DNA of 45,828 nucleotides, from positions 1 to 45,828 of the forward strand of contig RDOA01000027.1 in assembly GCA_011364925.1 (NCBI GenBank), given 5' to 3'. Below the pieces are notes generated by a model. The model made no database searches. It was not told where the DNA came from and worked only from the letters and a program-made list of their open reading frames with translations. Positions 20,921 to 31,390 of the stretch are shown here, one piece after another (within the stretch, counting starts at the first letter, position 1; every line of letters begins with the position of its first letter). Made by a program: the position numbers and the translations under genes. This DNA is from Promethearchaeota archaeon. Its GTDB lineage: Archaea > Asgardarchaeota > Lokiarchaeia > Sigyniarchaeales > SOKP01.

Positions 20921-22348
20921 CTACTTTTTCAGTCTTCGAAAAGGTGGTTTTAATCCATCAGGGAGTGGAGAAGTATAAATTTTATCTCTGTGCATATATT
21001 CGTGTTCTTTACATGCTTTCTCGACTAATTCTGGATTATTCATAAATTCAAGAGATGAAACAGCCAATACTTTTGCAGCGGTTAACATTCCCTTATGGCC
21101 AATACTCATTCCAGATGTGGCTACATTTTGCCAAGAATGCCCCGGAGAGCCCATTATTTCACAAGCGGTTCCAAACTCCCCAAGTGGCACTTTCCACGAC
21201 ACATCAGCAACATCCGTGCTTCCTGGAAGCACGTTACCTTCTCCTATTGGTGGGATTATTACTTTGTTCAAAGGCTGGCTGAGAATCGCTTTTGCCAATT
21301 CCATCATGTTAGGAGGGATCAACCGATAATATCCATCAAGAGAATCTTTTGGTATCGATTTTTTTAACTCGTTTGCGAAAGCTATATCTTCTTTGTTAAA
21401 TCTTGGTGCCCCAACAGTTCTCATTGAATTTGAAATTACCTCTGAAACTATGGGAGTATACATCGTATTGTACGTACCGCTTAAAAAATCGATATCCATA
21501 GTAGTTTCTGTCATCAAAGTAGCTCCTTTTGCTATGTTTACTAATCTCGCGTATAATTCTTCTACCTGATGTCGTTCTGGAGCACGAACAAAGTAGTGAA
21601 CTTCAGCTTCGGCAGGAACTACATTTGGAGCGTCACCTCCATGAGTTATAACATAGTGAAGCCTTGCGTCGGAAATCATGTGTTCCCTCATAAAGTTTGC
21701 CCCTATATTCATTAACTCTACACCATCTAACGCGCTTCTCCCATTCTGAGGGTCTCCTGCTGCGTGGGCTGTTCTTCCATGAAATTTGAACTTAACAGAA
21801 TTCATTGCTAAGCATGTCATTAAATTTAGCATGTTAAAGTTCCCAGGATGCCATGCAAGAGCTATATCTACATCGTTGAACAAGCCTTCTCGTATCATAT
21901 AACCTTTTGCGTTAAATATTTCTTCAGCAGGACACCCGTAAAATCTAATTGTCCCTTTAACGACTCCTAAATCTATCGCTTCTTTTACAGCTATTACTGC
22001 TCCTAACGATCCTGCCCCTAAAAGATTATGTCCGCAACCATGACCCGGTGCCCCTTCGTTTATTACTTCTCTATAAGGTTCTGCTTTTTGACTAAGACCC
22101 GGAAGCGCGTCATATTCTCCTAATATTCCAATTACGGGTTTTCCTTTACCATAATCTGCGTAAAATGCTGTAGGCATGTCTGCAACATTCGAATTTACTG
22201 AAAAACCTGCTTCGTCTAATGTTTTAATCAGGAGTTGTGACGATTTAAACTCTTCCAAACCCAATTCCGCAAATCCCCAGATCTGATCGCTAACATCTAT
22301 TAATATATCTTGGTTTATTTTAACGCTCTTGATTGCTTGTTTAAACAT
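20921..22348 (-). CDS. M20 amidohydrolase, AbgB-like
   Basis: GEYDALPGL, GHGCGHN, PAEE, WHP, GSTDVADVSW, PGHSWQ. Confidence 0.88.
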   Translation of the reverse strand: MFKQAIKSVKINQDILIDVSDQIWGFAELGLEEFKSSQLLIKTLDEAGFSVNSNVADMPTAFYADYGKGKPVIGILGEYDALPGLSQKAEPYREVINEGAPGHGCGHNLLGAGSLGAVIAVKEAIDLGVVKGTIRFYGCPAEEIFNAKGYMIREGLFNDVDIALAWHPGNFNMLNLMTCLAMNSVKFKFHGRTAHAAGDPQNGRSALDGVELMNIGANFMREHMISDARLHYVITHGGDAPNVVPAEAEVHYFVRAPERHQVEELYARLVNIAKGATLMTETTMDIDFLSGTYNTMYTPIVSEVISNSMRTVGAPRFNKEDIAFANELKKSIPKDSLDGYYRLIPPNMMELAKAILSQPLNKVIIPPIGEGNVLPGSTDVADVSWKVPLGEFGTACEIMGSPGHSWQNVATSGMSIGHKGMLTAAKVLAVSSLEFMNNPELVEKACKEHEYMHRDKIYTSPLPDGLKPPFRRLKK

Positions 22349-22489
22349 GATTAATCAATATGCAAGTTGATTATATTTGAACTAAAAAATGAATGTTATT
22401 TATTATTCTTTGTTTTAAATTTTACACTTAAATACAATCAAACCATAAATATCAATTAATATACTCAAAAAATTCATCAGTGATAAAAT

Positions 22490-23530
22490 ATGAGCGAAGA
22501 AGAAATAAACATTAAAAGAGTTCAATCAACACGGGAACGATTGTATTGGATCGATCACGCGAGAGGCTTTATAATGCTTTTGTTAGTTATTACGGAGTTT
22601 CTCCCCAATACTTTCAGAGAGGCATCTGAGATCACTCGATTCTTTCTTGCGCATCCCCCTAATCAAACAATAGTTACATATATGAATTTTTACGATATTG
22701 GTGCTCCTGCGTTCATTTTTATAATGGGTTTACTTATGCCACTGTCTTTTGCACATAGAAAAGAACGAGATGGCGTCAATAAAGCCGTTAGACATATGAT
22801 TATACGATATGGGATAATCTTAGTTTTAGGTTTAGTTGTGATTCTAATAGATCATGGTGAAATGATAACAATGGTTGGAGATGTTCCTATTATTATTTGG
22901 GATGTTCTCCCAACATTAGGGTTGGTAGGACTTATAGCTTTACCATTACTTTGGTTAAAAACAAAACCTCGCGCCATTGTAGCTACTGCTATGCTAGTCT
23001 TCTACCAATTTATGCTTTTATTTGGTGGTTGGAGAGAATACGCGATCTACTCCATTCATGGCGGTATATTTGGAACTATTTTTGGATTCTCTGCAATGAT
23101 GATTTACGCAACATGTTTAGGGGATGTGCTATTACTAAATAAAGAGTATTCGGATAAAAAAAGATATCTAATTTACGCAATTGTGGGTGCTGTTGCTTTA
23201 GTTGCTGGTTTCCTACTCTGGTTGATACCGGGATGGTATCCAAATAAACGTCAGGTAACCTTAACATATATATCAATCAGTTTAGGAGCGACAATATTAT
23301 TATCGTTCATTACTATTGGCATCGATAAATTAGTTGAAAAGCCGATATTCATTTTAGACAGTTATGGGAAATCTCCGTTTGTCATTTATGTGATAGCAAT
23401 TGTCTTAGAATTTTTAATATCAGATATTATTGGATACGAGATGGATATTCTAATATTCATAATCATGATAATCGTGATGTCCGCCATTGCAATCCTGCTT
23501 GATAAGTGGGGCAAAATCATAAAGCTATAA
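22490..23530 (+). CDS. HGSNAT/DUF5009-like membrane acyltransferase
   Basis: RLYWIDHARG, D..APAFIFIMG, PNK motif; polytopic. Confidence 0.7.
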   Translation: MSEEEINIKRVQSTRERLYWIDHARGFIMLLLVITEFLPNTFREASEITRFFLAHPPNQTIVTYMNFYDIGAPAFIFIMGLLMPLSFAHRKERDGVNKAVRHMIIRYGIILVLGLVVILIDHGEMITMVGDVPIIIWDVLPTLGLVGLIALPLLWLKTKPRAIVATAMLVFYQFMLLFGGWREYAIYSIHGGIFGTIFGFSAMMIYATCLGDVLLLNKEYSDKKRYLIYAIVGAVALVAGFLLWLIPGWYPNKRQVTLTYISISLGATILLSFITIGIDKLVEKPIFILDSYGKSPFVIYVIAIVLEFLISDIIGYEMDILIFIIMIIVMSAIAILLDKWGKIIKL

Positions 23531-23660
23531 TCTTATTTTTTTCCTTTTATGTGTACTTTTTTTTAAACTCAAAAATTCTAAACTTAAATAATATTAAATC
23601 TTAAATATCACTAACAAGATTATTCTAATAATTCTTAATATATTATTTAAGATGAGATGA

Positions 23661-24017
23661 ATGAGTGAAGGAAGGATTCAAGAGGTTCTGGAAAGTCTTA
23701 AATCGATAAAAGGAGTCCATGGAGCAGCAATTATCGAAAAATTTGGATTGATTAAAGGTAGTGCTTTACCAGGTTGGGTAGATCCAGAGGCAGTTGCCGC
23801 TATGGTTACGCTTATCTTAAAAGCTTCTCAAAGAGCAACAAAGGAACTAGAACAGGGGCAGTTTTACAACGCAATAATCGAAAGTGCTAAAGGAAGAATA
23901 TTGTTTTCTGAGATAAAAGGTAATATATTGACTATTATTGCAACTACTGATGCAAAACTGGGTATTATTAATTTGAAACTTGGCGCAGCAGTAGAAGTTC
24001 TTCGAGAGCATTTATAA
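23661..24017 (+). CDS. Roadblock/LC7 (MglB-like) domain protein
   Basis: 118 aa, GVHGAAII..GL, central helix, AKLGII C-terminal helix. Confidence 0.85.
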   Translation: MSEGRIQEVLESLKSIKGVHGAAIIEKFGLIKGSALPGWVDPEAVAAMVTLILKASQRATKELEQGQFYNAIIESAKGRILFSEIKGNILTIIATTDAKLGIINLKLGAAVEVLREHL

Positions 24018-24044
24018 GAAAGATGGTATATTCTTTACTTTTAC

Positions 24045-25499
24045 TTATTTTTTCAGTAATGCTAACATTAAATCTCTTGTCAATGTAGGATCGGCTTGTC
24101 CTTTTGTTTTAGCCATCACTCTCCCGATTAAAGCTTCCAATGCCTTAGGATTCTTGACATAATCCTGAACTATCTGAGGATTTTCTTTTATTACCTCTCG
24201 ACAGTGTTTTTTAATGATTTGTTCGTCAGATAGGCGCGTTTTACCTCTCTCTTTAATAATATGTGAAATAGATATCCCTTGCATCATATCATCTACAAAA
24301 CCTTTAGCAATTTTAGTAGTGATCTTTCCATCCCTAATATATTTAATTAAATCTTCCAAATGTTTAGGGGTAATCTTGGTTTTGTCAATTGTAGTAGTGT
24401 GTTCATTTAGCCATCCAGAAATATTATTCATTAGCCAATTACAATATTGTTTATATTCCGTAGACCCAAAAGTGGGATCAGCGTTTGCGCCTTCTTCATA
24501 GAAGTCAGCAATGCGTTTGTCTAAAACTAAATTCTCAGAATCGAATTCAGATAACATATATTCTCTACGTAGTCGTTGAGCCCTCTCATTTGGCATTTCT
24601 GGAAGATATTCCTCGACTTTTTGTACAAAATCTTCGTCAATTTCAATTGGAACAAGATCTTGTTCTGGAAAATATCGATAATCCTCTTCAAATTCCTTAG
24701 ATCGTAGCGAAATTGTAATTTTTCTTTTATCATCCCAGTGTCTTGTCTCTTGAGTTAATACTTTTCCTCGTTTAATAGCGTTTTTCTGTCTTATAATCTC
24801 GTGTCTTAACGCTCGTTCAACTTCTTTAAAACTATTAATATTTTTTACTTCGCTACGCGCGTGACCTTTAATGGAAATGTTAGCATCAACTCTAACCGAA
24901 CCCTCTAACTCTAAATTCGAGATTCCAGTGTACTGAACGATAGATTTTAATTGCTTAAGAAATTCTCTCGCTTCTTCTGGCGAACTAATTACGGGGTCAG
25001 TTACAATTTCAATCAAACATACACCAGATCGATTATAGTCAACTAAAGTAAATGGTGAAGAAGCTATACTTCCCTTATGAACTAATCGAGCAGGATCTTC
25101 TTCGAGATGAATCCTATTTAGATTAATGTCTTTTTTATGGTTATTCAATCTGATCGTGATTTTTCCCCCATCTGCAAAAGCTCTTCCTCCCGCTTTGTTA
25201 TATTGGCTAATTTGAAATCCTTTAGGTAAATCTGGGTAGTGATAATTCTTTCTAAAGAACCAAAACTGGTTATTAATATCACATTCCAAAGCTATGGCTA
25301 ATCTTGTAGCAAATTCGATTGTTTTTATATTTATTGTTGGAAGTGAGCCGGGTAAACCTAAGCATATTGGACAGACAAATGTATTAGGTTCAGCACCACG
25401 ATAATCATTACTACAACTACAAAAAAGCTTTGTTTTAAGATTAGTTAATTGGATATGGACTTCTAATCCAATAATAACTTCATGATCTTGACTATTCAG
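24045..25499 (-). CDS. gatB: Asp/Glu-tRNA amidotransferase subunit B (probable CTG start)
   Basis: Frame continues upstream of the ORF-track start through IGLEVHIQL, TKLFC, PNTFVCPICLGLPG to CTG at 25499; RKNYHYPDLPKGFQISQ, HLEED, DYRYFPE. Confidence 0.93.
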   Translation of the reverse strand: MNSQDHEVIIGLEVHIQLTNLKTKLFCSCSNDYRGAEPNTFVCPICLGLPGSLPTINIKTIEFATRLAIALECDINNQFWFFRKNYHYPDLPKGFQISQYNKAGGRAFADGGKITIRLNNHKKDINLNRIHLEEDPARLVHKGSIASSPFTLVDYNRSGVCLIEIVTDPVISSPEEAREFLKQLKSIVQYTGISNLELEGSVRVDANISIKGHARSEVKNINSFKEVERALRHEIIRQKNAIKRGKVLTQETRHWDDKRKITISLRSKEFEEDYRYFPEQDLVPIEIDEDFVQKVEEYLPEMPNERAQRLRREYMLSEFDSENLVLDKRIADFYEEGANADPTFGSTEYKQYCNWLMNNISGWLNEHTTTIDKTKITPKHLEDLIKYIRDGKITTKIAKGFVDDMMQGISISHIIKERGKTRLSDEQIIKKHCREVIKENPQIVQDYVKNPKALEALIGRVMAKTKGQADPTLTRDLMLALLKK

Positions 25500-25500
25500 A

Positions 25501-26988
25501 TCATCCGCCTCCAGAATGTAGTGAGGGAGTCTTTCGAAAAATGCCTAACTCTTGTTCTAATTGATACCCGATGTTTAGAATTCCTTTCTCGTCGAAGTAA
25601 TTCCCAATTATTTGAAAACCTATTGGTAAATTGTTACTATCAAAACCACATGGGATCGAAAGAGCGGGGATTCCTGCTAAATTGATAGAACAGGTCAGAA
25701 TATCTTGAGTATACATTTCTAGAGGATCTTTAATCAATGACCCAACTTTAAATGCCGTCGATGGCATCGTCGGACACACAAGAGCGTCACACTGCTTAAA
25801 AGCTTCAACAAAATCATTTTTAATTAACGATCGCACTTTTAATGCTTTGATATAGAACATATCGTAATACCCTGCTGAAAGGGCATAAGTCCCTAAATAA
25901 ATCCTCCTTCTTACCTCAGGTCCGAAATTTTTTCCCCTTGTTCGACTTATCGTGCTATAAACATCACCAGATAGATCATCGCTCCCTTTTCCATACCTTA
26001 ACCCATCAAATCTCGCTAAATTCGAGCTTGCTTCACACATACATACTAAATAATATGTGGCAATCGTAAACTCTAAATGAGGTATTGAAATTTCAGTTGT
26101 AGTTGCTCCTAAGCTTTCCAATTTTTCGATTGATTTATAAATGGCGTTTTTTACTTCGGATTCGATCCCCTCTCCAAAAAATTCTTTAGGCACTCCAATA
26201 ACACATTTTTCAAGAGGTTTCTTCAACTCTTCTGTGTACTTATCCGCTTTAATATTCACGGATGTAGAATCAAGGGGATCCTTACCAGATATAATCTCAA
26301 GAACTAAAGCTGAATCGCGAACGCATTTTGTAATTGGTCCAATTTGATCCAAAGAATTGGCAAACGCTACTAATCCATAACGCGATACTCTACCATAAGT
26401 CGGTTTTAAACCCACAACTCCACAAAAGGCTGCTGGACATCTAATACTACCTCCAGTATCGCTACCTAACGCAAAAATAGCTTGGCCTGAAGCGACTGCG
26501 GTAGCAGATCCTCCACTCGATCCCCCAGGAACTCTTGTTAGATCCCAGGGATTATAGGTAGGACCATAGCAACTATTCTCTGTAGAACCCCCCATCGCAA
26601 ACTCATCCATATTAGTATTACCAACATGAATGGCATTTTCAGCTTCGATTAATTTCTCTATTACTGTTGCGTTGTAGGGAGGACGATAATCTTGTAAAAT
26701 TTTTGAACTGCAAGTCGTAGGAAAATCTCTAACACAAATAAGGTCTTTATTTGCTAAAGGTAAACCAAACAGTTTCCCTATTTTTTTTCCTTTTTTTAAT
26801 TGATCATCATAGTATTTTGCTTTGCTTAAACTCTTTTCAATATTAAGAGTAACAAACGAATGAAGTTGTGGCTCAACTTCATCTATCCTCTTAGAGCACG
26901 ATTCGAGAATATCTCGTATTTTAATGTTTCCATCTTTAATCTTCTCGATTAATTCGTATCCCATGTAATCATAGAGTTTAATTGACAC
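25501..26988 (-). CDS. gatA: Asp/Glu-tRNA amidotransferase subunit A
   Basis: Amidase signature GGSSGGS, GSDTGGSIR; SSNLARFDG, EVRRRI. Confidence 0.95.
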   Translation of the reverse strand: MSIKLYDYMGYELIEKIKDGNIKIRDILESCSKRIDEVEPQLHSFVTLNIEKSLSKAKYYDDQLKKGKKIGKLFGLPLANKDLICVRDFPTTCSSKILQDYRPPYNATVIEKLIEAENAIHVGNTNMDEFAMGGSTENSCYGPTYNPWDLTRVPGGSSGGSATAVASGQAIFALGSDTGGSIRCPAAFCGVVGLKPTYGRVSRYGLVAFANSLDQIGPITKCVRDSALVLEIISGKDPLDSTSVNIKADKYTEELKKPLEKCVIGVPKEFFGEGIESEVKNAIYKSIEKLESLGATTTEISIPHLEFTIATYYLVCMCEASSNLARFDGLRYGKGSDDLSGDVYSTISRTRGKNFGPEVRRRIYLGTYALSAGYYDMFYIKALKVRSLIKNDFVEAFKQCDALVCPTMPSTAFKVGSLIKDPLEMYTQDILTCSINLAGIPALSIPCGFDSNNLPIGFQIIGNYFDEKGILNIGYQLEQELGIFRKTPSLHSGGG

Positions 26989-27176
26989 AAAATCACTAAA
27001 AGAGAATCATTAAGAGCAGTTAATCCTTATATTTTAAACTTATAAATGCTAGTACACTAAAAACTTTACGCATTCTTCATCCTCTCTATTTTGATATTAA
27101 AGTTTAAATCTAATACTGTCTATTTTCTAGATTGATTTTTCATATAATATAGACACCAAAGTAAAAGGTGGTTTAA

Positions 27177-28079
27177 ATAACAATCTTAAATTCTGAAGGT
27201 AAAATTAATAATAATTATTATCTAATAGATGCTATGCCCATGGGATTACCCAAATTTCTCTCAATTTATGTTATCGAACACGATGGCATGCGACTAATGA
27301 TAGATGTTGGAGAAACATCAAAAGCAAGAACAGTCATTAAAAAACTCAAAGATTTTGGGCTCTATCCTATTCATAAAATTGTTATTACCCATACTCATTG
27401 GGATCATGCTCAAGGCCTTTCTAAATTGAGTAAACTAATGCAAGACATAGATGTGGAAATATTAGCTTCGGAAAACGCGATTGATAACTTAAGACATCCC
27501 GAAAAAATGATTGAGGGTTACGAAGGAATTGGTGTAAATCCTTTTGAAGATAAGGTTACCCCCTTAAAAGAAGGCGACATAATTGATTTGAATGGATTAG
27601 AATTGAAGGTTATGAATTTTTCTGGACATACTATGGATTCTATTGCGTTATTTGACGAATCAAATAAAAATATTTTTATTGGGGATGCTGTTACTATGAG
27701 ATTAGATGAAGATGCTTATTTTATCCCTCTCATGCCACCTGACTTTCATGAACAGGATCTTCTCAACTCTTTTAAGAAATTACGCAATATGAAAGATAGA
27801 CTAAATTCAATCTCTTTAGCTCATTTTGGAGTGTGGAAAGATAAACATTTTGAACAAATAATAACAGAAATGGAAGATCTATATTTTAAAGTAAAAAACC
27901 GTTTAATAGAATGGTATAGCGAAGATACTTCAATTGAAATTATTACTAATAAATATTGTAAAACTTTGATGCCAAATTCTAAATTCTGGAATGAAAAAAT
28001 ATTTGAATTTATTGTAAGTATGATGTTAAACGGTTTGAAGATAAGTGGAATGATAGAGGAAAAATCGATTTCACTCTAA
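27177..28079 (+). CDS. Metallo-beta-lactamase fold hydrolase (possible ATA start)
   Basis: THTHWDHAQG, GHT, GDA, AHFG motifs; frame open from ATA 27177 after GGTGG, first ATG at 27234. Confidence 0.8.
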   Translation: MTILNSEGKINNNYYLIDAMPMGLPKFLSIYVIEHDGMRLMIDVGETSKARTVIKKLKDFGLYPIHKIVITHTHWDHAQGLSKLSKLMQDIDVEILASENAIDNLRHPEKMIEGYEGIGVNPFEDKVTPLKEGDIIDLNGLELKVMNFSGHTMDSIALFDESNKNIFIGDAVTMRLDEDAYFIPLMPPDFHEQDLLNSFKKLRNMKDRLNSISLAHFGVWKDKHFEQIITEMEDLYFKVKNRLIEWYSEDTSIEIITNKYCKTLMPNSKFWNEKIFEFIVSMMLNGLKISGMIEEKSISL

Positions 28080-28097
28080 CTTCTAATTTTTTTAGAA

Positions 28098-29399
28098 TTA
28101 AGGTGTTTTTCTTATCATAGTCCTTGGGAAAGGAATTGCGTCTTTTATATTATCCAATCCACACATCCATTGAACAACACGTTCCACCCCTAATCCATAC
28201 CCAGAATGAGGCACGCTCCCATATTGCCGCAATGCAAAGTACCAACTATAATTTTCAGGATCTTCACCATCAGCTTCCAATCTCTTCTTCATATCTTCAA
28301 CCAGTAGACTTCTTTGGGAACCTCCTATAATTTCACAGTATCCTTCAGGAGCTAACGCGTCAAAACAAAGCGCTTCTTTAGGATTTTCTGAACTAGGAGG
28401 TTTATAGAAGCCCATAATTTCAGTAGGATAATGTGTAACGATCACTGGAACTTTAAAATGTTCTGCGATTTTTGCTTCCTCTATCGTTCGTAAATCTTTA
28501 CCCCATGGGACATCCATATGATATTCATTATTAAGAATATCTAATGCTTCAGAATACTTAATAGTAGGATATTTAGATTCCGCATAATGTTCCAGTAGCT
28601 TAATATCTCTTTCTAAAATTTCAAGTTCCTTTCTATTATGTTTTAAAACTTCCTGTACAATGAATCTGATTTCATCTTTAGCAATCTCAGTAACTTCCTC
28701 GAGATTCATCCACGCCGCTTCCATTTCTGCCATCCAAAATTCCGCCAAATGCCTTGATGTTTTTGATCTTTCTGCTCGAAAAGTAGGGCCCATATTGTAT
28801 ATTTTACCAAGAGCAAAGATTCCAGCTTCAGCGTACAATTGCCAAGTTTGACTAAGGTACATTTTATCTTCGAAGTATTTCACCTCAAAAAGCGTTGCGC
28901 CTCCTTCGGATTGACTTGGTTGAAAAATTGGTGCGTCAAATTCGTAATACCCTCGACTCCTAAAAAATTCGTGAATTGCCCCTACTACTGTGTGTCGAAT
29001 TTTTAAAACCGCACTTAGTTTTCGGGATCTTATCCAAAGATGCCGATTATCATATAAAAGCTCTGGGGATTGGTGTTCTGTAATAGGGAAAGGTTCAGCG
29101 ACTTGGACAATTTCCAAGTCTGTTACAGCTACTTCATATCCAGTGGGTGCTCTTTCGTCCTTTTTTAATTCGCCTGAAACTTTTAATGAAGATTCAATCG
29201 TAAGTTTTTCAGCCTTTTCAAAGAGTTCAGGATTTTTACTTTTCGAAATCACGCACTGGATGATGTCGGACTCATCTCTAAGCACGATAAATACAAATTT
29301 GTTACTTTTTCGTTCTCTATAGACCCATCCTCTCAAATTTACAGTTTGAGGTTTTTTACTTATGGCTTCCTCGATCGTTAGGTAATTTGATTCAGTCAT
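28098..29399 (-). CDS. asnS: Asparaginyl-tRNA synthetase (class IIb)
   Basis: OB-fold RGWVYR, YLSQTWQLY, FRAERSKTSRHLAEFW, EIIGGSQR, PHSGYGLGVER. Confidence 0.88.
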   Translation of the reverse strand: MTESNYLTIEEAISKKPQTVNLRGWVYRERKSNKFVFIVLRDESDIIQCVISKSKNPELFEKAEKLTIESSLKVSGELKKDERAPTGYEVAVTDLEIVQVAEPFPITEHQSPELLYDNRHLWIRSRKLSAVLKIRHTVVGAIHEFFRSRGYYEFDAPIFQPSQSEGGATLFEVKYFEDKMYLSQTWQLYAEAGIFALGKIYNMGPTFRAERSKTSRHLAEFWMAEMEAAWMNLEEVTEIAKDEIRFIVQEVLKHNRKELEILERDIKLLEHYAESKYPTIKYSEALDILNNEYHMDVPWGKDLRTIEEAKIAEHFKVPVIVTHYPTEIMGFYKPPSSENPKEALCFDALAPEGYCEIIGGSQRSLLVEDMKKRLEADGEDPENYSWYFALRQYGSVPHSGYGLGVERVVQWMCGLDNIKDAIPFPRTMIRKTP

Positions 29400-29513
29400 A
29401 GTCCTAAATTTATAAATATTGATGAAAATAAATAGTTATTTTCTATAGAGAAGAATTGCTTATATAAAATATGATCGTAAATTTTGACGCAGAAAATTCA
29501 AAATTTGAAGGTT

Positions 29514-30062
29514 TCAAACGATAAATATTGCTGCTGCTAAAGTACATGCCCATTCTTCTTCCTCTCGGACTATAGCGTGAGCAGTAACACTTTTTGTCTC
29601 TACAATTTTTCCACCCATTTTATAAACTTCCCTCTTCTCATCATAATTCAGATCAGGATCGAATTGCACTCCGAGCGTTGACGCAAGCATTTCTGCTGCT
29701 AAATCTTCTGCCATGTCAGCCACATTCTCAGGTCTTTTTCCAAAATCATGATATTCACTTAAATAACCGTATTGACCTTTGTCTGCAGGTTTTGCTACTC
29801 CAATTGACGAGGCAATAACCCGATTATATTCATTAGATTCTTCTCTAGCGAGTACGCAATATATGATTTGACCAGGACGTAGTTGCTTTAAACCATCTTC
29901 TTTTTGAATTTCAATACAATAAGGTGGTAAAATAGAAGATACACTTACTAAGTTATATTTCTCAATTCCTGCATCTCTAAGTGCTTGTTCAAAAGCTGCT
30001 AGCTTCTTTTTATGATATCCTTTACCTGATACAAAAAATACCTTTTTGGGAACGAGTGACAT
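29514..30062 (-). CDS. pdaD: Pyruvoyl-dependent arginine decarboxylase
   Basis: FEQALRDAGIEKYNLVSVSSILPP containing the SS autocleavage site; GYLSE. Confidence 0.9.
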   Translation of the reverse strand: MSLVPKKVFFVSGKGYHKKKLAAFEQALRDAGIEKYNLVSVSSILPPYCIEIQKEDGLKQLRPGQIIYCVLAREESNEYNRVIASSIGVAKPADKGQYGYLSEYHDFGKRPENVADMAEDLAAEMLASTLGVQFDPDLNYDEKREVYKMGGKIVETKSVTAHAIVREEEEWACTLAAAIFIV

Positions 30063-30309
30063 CTTATAATTATAAAGCTATTATAATAATAAATTAATTA
30101 TATAATAAAACTTATTTATATTTAAATTTAATTCAAACTCAATATAGAAATGTAAATATAAATAATTAAGTACATGAATATTATCCTAATTCATAAATAC
30201 AGAGGATATCTCTTTTATTTGAACGAAATCTAAAAGAAGGTAATATAAAATTAACTCAGTTTAAACAATTTTTAATTTAAAAATTTTTAATTAGGATTGT
30301 TTAAAAAAT

Positions 30310-31320
30310 TTGAAAAATATTATTATTACTATGAATAATAAGCCGAACGATGAATATTTACAAAAAAAAATTACGCCATTTAATGTGTATCAAAATAAAA
30401 CTGTAGAAGAAATGCTTAATTCATTAAAGGAATGTGGATTTCAAGGCAGAAATCTCGGAGTGGCACTTGACATTTTGCATAAGATGGTATCAAGTTCTGA
30501 TATTTTAACAGTTTTAACGTTGTCTGGAGCGATGGTTCCAGGAGGCATGGGAGAAATAATTTGCGCTTTAATAGAGAATAATCTTATAGATGTTATCGTT
30601 AGTACTGGTGCAAATATTATCCACGACTTAGTGGATGTCTTTAACGATGTTGGTCATTATGTGGGAACATCTTATATTGATGACGGTGAACTATTTCATC
30701 ATCGGATCAACAGAATTTATAATGTTTTTTTACCAGAAGGTAACTATAAAAGTACTGAAAAAGAAATTCTCTCAATTATTAAGACAGAGTTTAAACAGAA
30801 GACTATTGAAATTACACCCTCCGAATTTTTAAATAAATTAGGTTCTAAGATAAATAAACGATGTATTTTGTCAGTAGCTTCAAAATTTGGAGTTCCAATC
30901 TTTGTTCCGGCATTTTCTGATTCTGAATTAGCACTAGATTTGACTCTCTTCTCTTTGAGGGAAGGATACCAATTTAAATTCGATATTCTTGGAGACATTT
31001 TGAAATTTTACGAAATAATAAAGAGCTACAATGAACATGGAACTTTGATAATCGGTGGTGGCGTTCCTAGGAATTGGAGTCAACAAATTTTTCCATTTTT
31101 AGACCAAGTTGAAAAAGTAAGTGATTTAGGATATAAATATTCTGTAAGAATTCACACTGCAGTAGAATACGATGGAGGATTGTCGGGATGTACCGTCTCT
31201 GAATCAAAATCTTGGGGTAAATATTCTTTAGAATCTAAGTATGTTAGTGTGTGGTGTGATGCTACAATCGCTTTACCGATATTGGTCACGGGATTATTTC
31301 AGAAACTCAAATTAGTATAA
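30310..31320 (+). CDS. Deoxyhypusine synthase family protein
   Basis: GFQG, STGAN, RINRIYNV, GGGVPRN, DGGLSG, SWGK with the catalytic Lys. Confidence 0.88.
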   Translation: MKNIIITMNNKPNDEYLQKKITPFNVYQNKTVEEMLNSLKECGFQGRNLGVALDILHKMVSSSDILTVLTLSGAMVPGGMGEIICALIENNLIDVIVSTGANIIHDLVDVFNDVGHYVGTSYIDDGELFHHRINRIYNVFLPEGNYKSTEKEILSIIKTEFKQKTIEITPSEFLNKLGSKINKRCILSVASKFGVPIFVPAFSDSELALDLTLFSLREGYQFKFDILGDILKFYEIIKSYNEHGTLIIGGGVPRNWSQQIFPFLDQVEKVSDLGYKYSVRIHTAVEYDGGLSGCTVSESKSWGKYSLESKYVSVWCDATIALPILVTGLFQKLKLV

Positions 31321-31390
31321 TAAGAAATGTAAAAAAATTGATTAAAAAAAACCTATTTTTTAATCTTTTGTAGATCTGACAGTAATCTAT

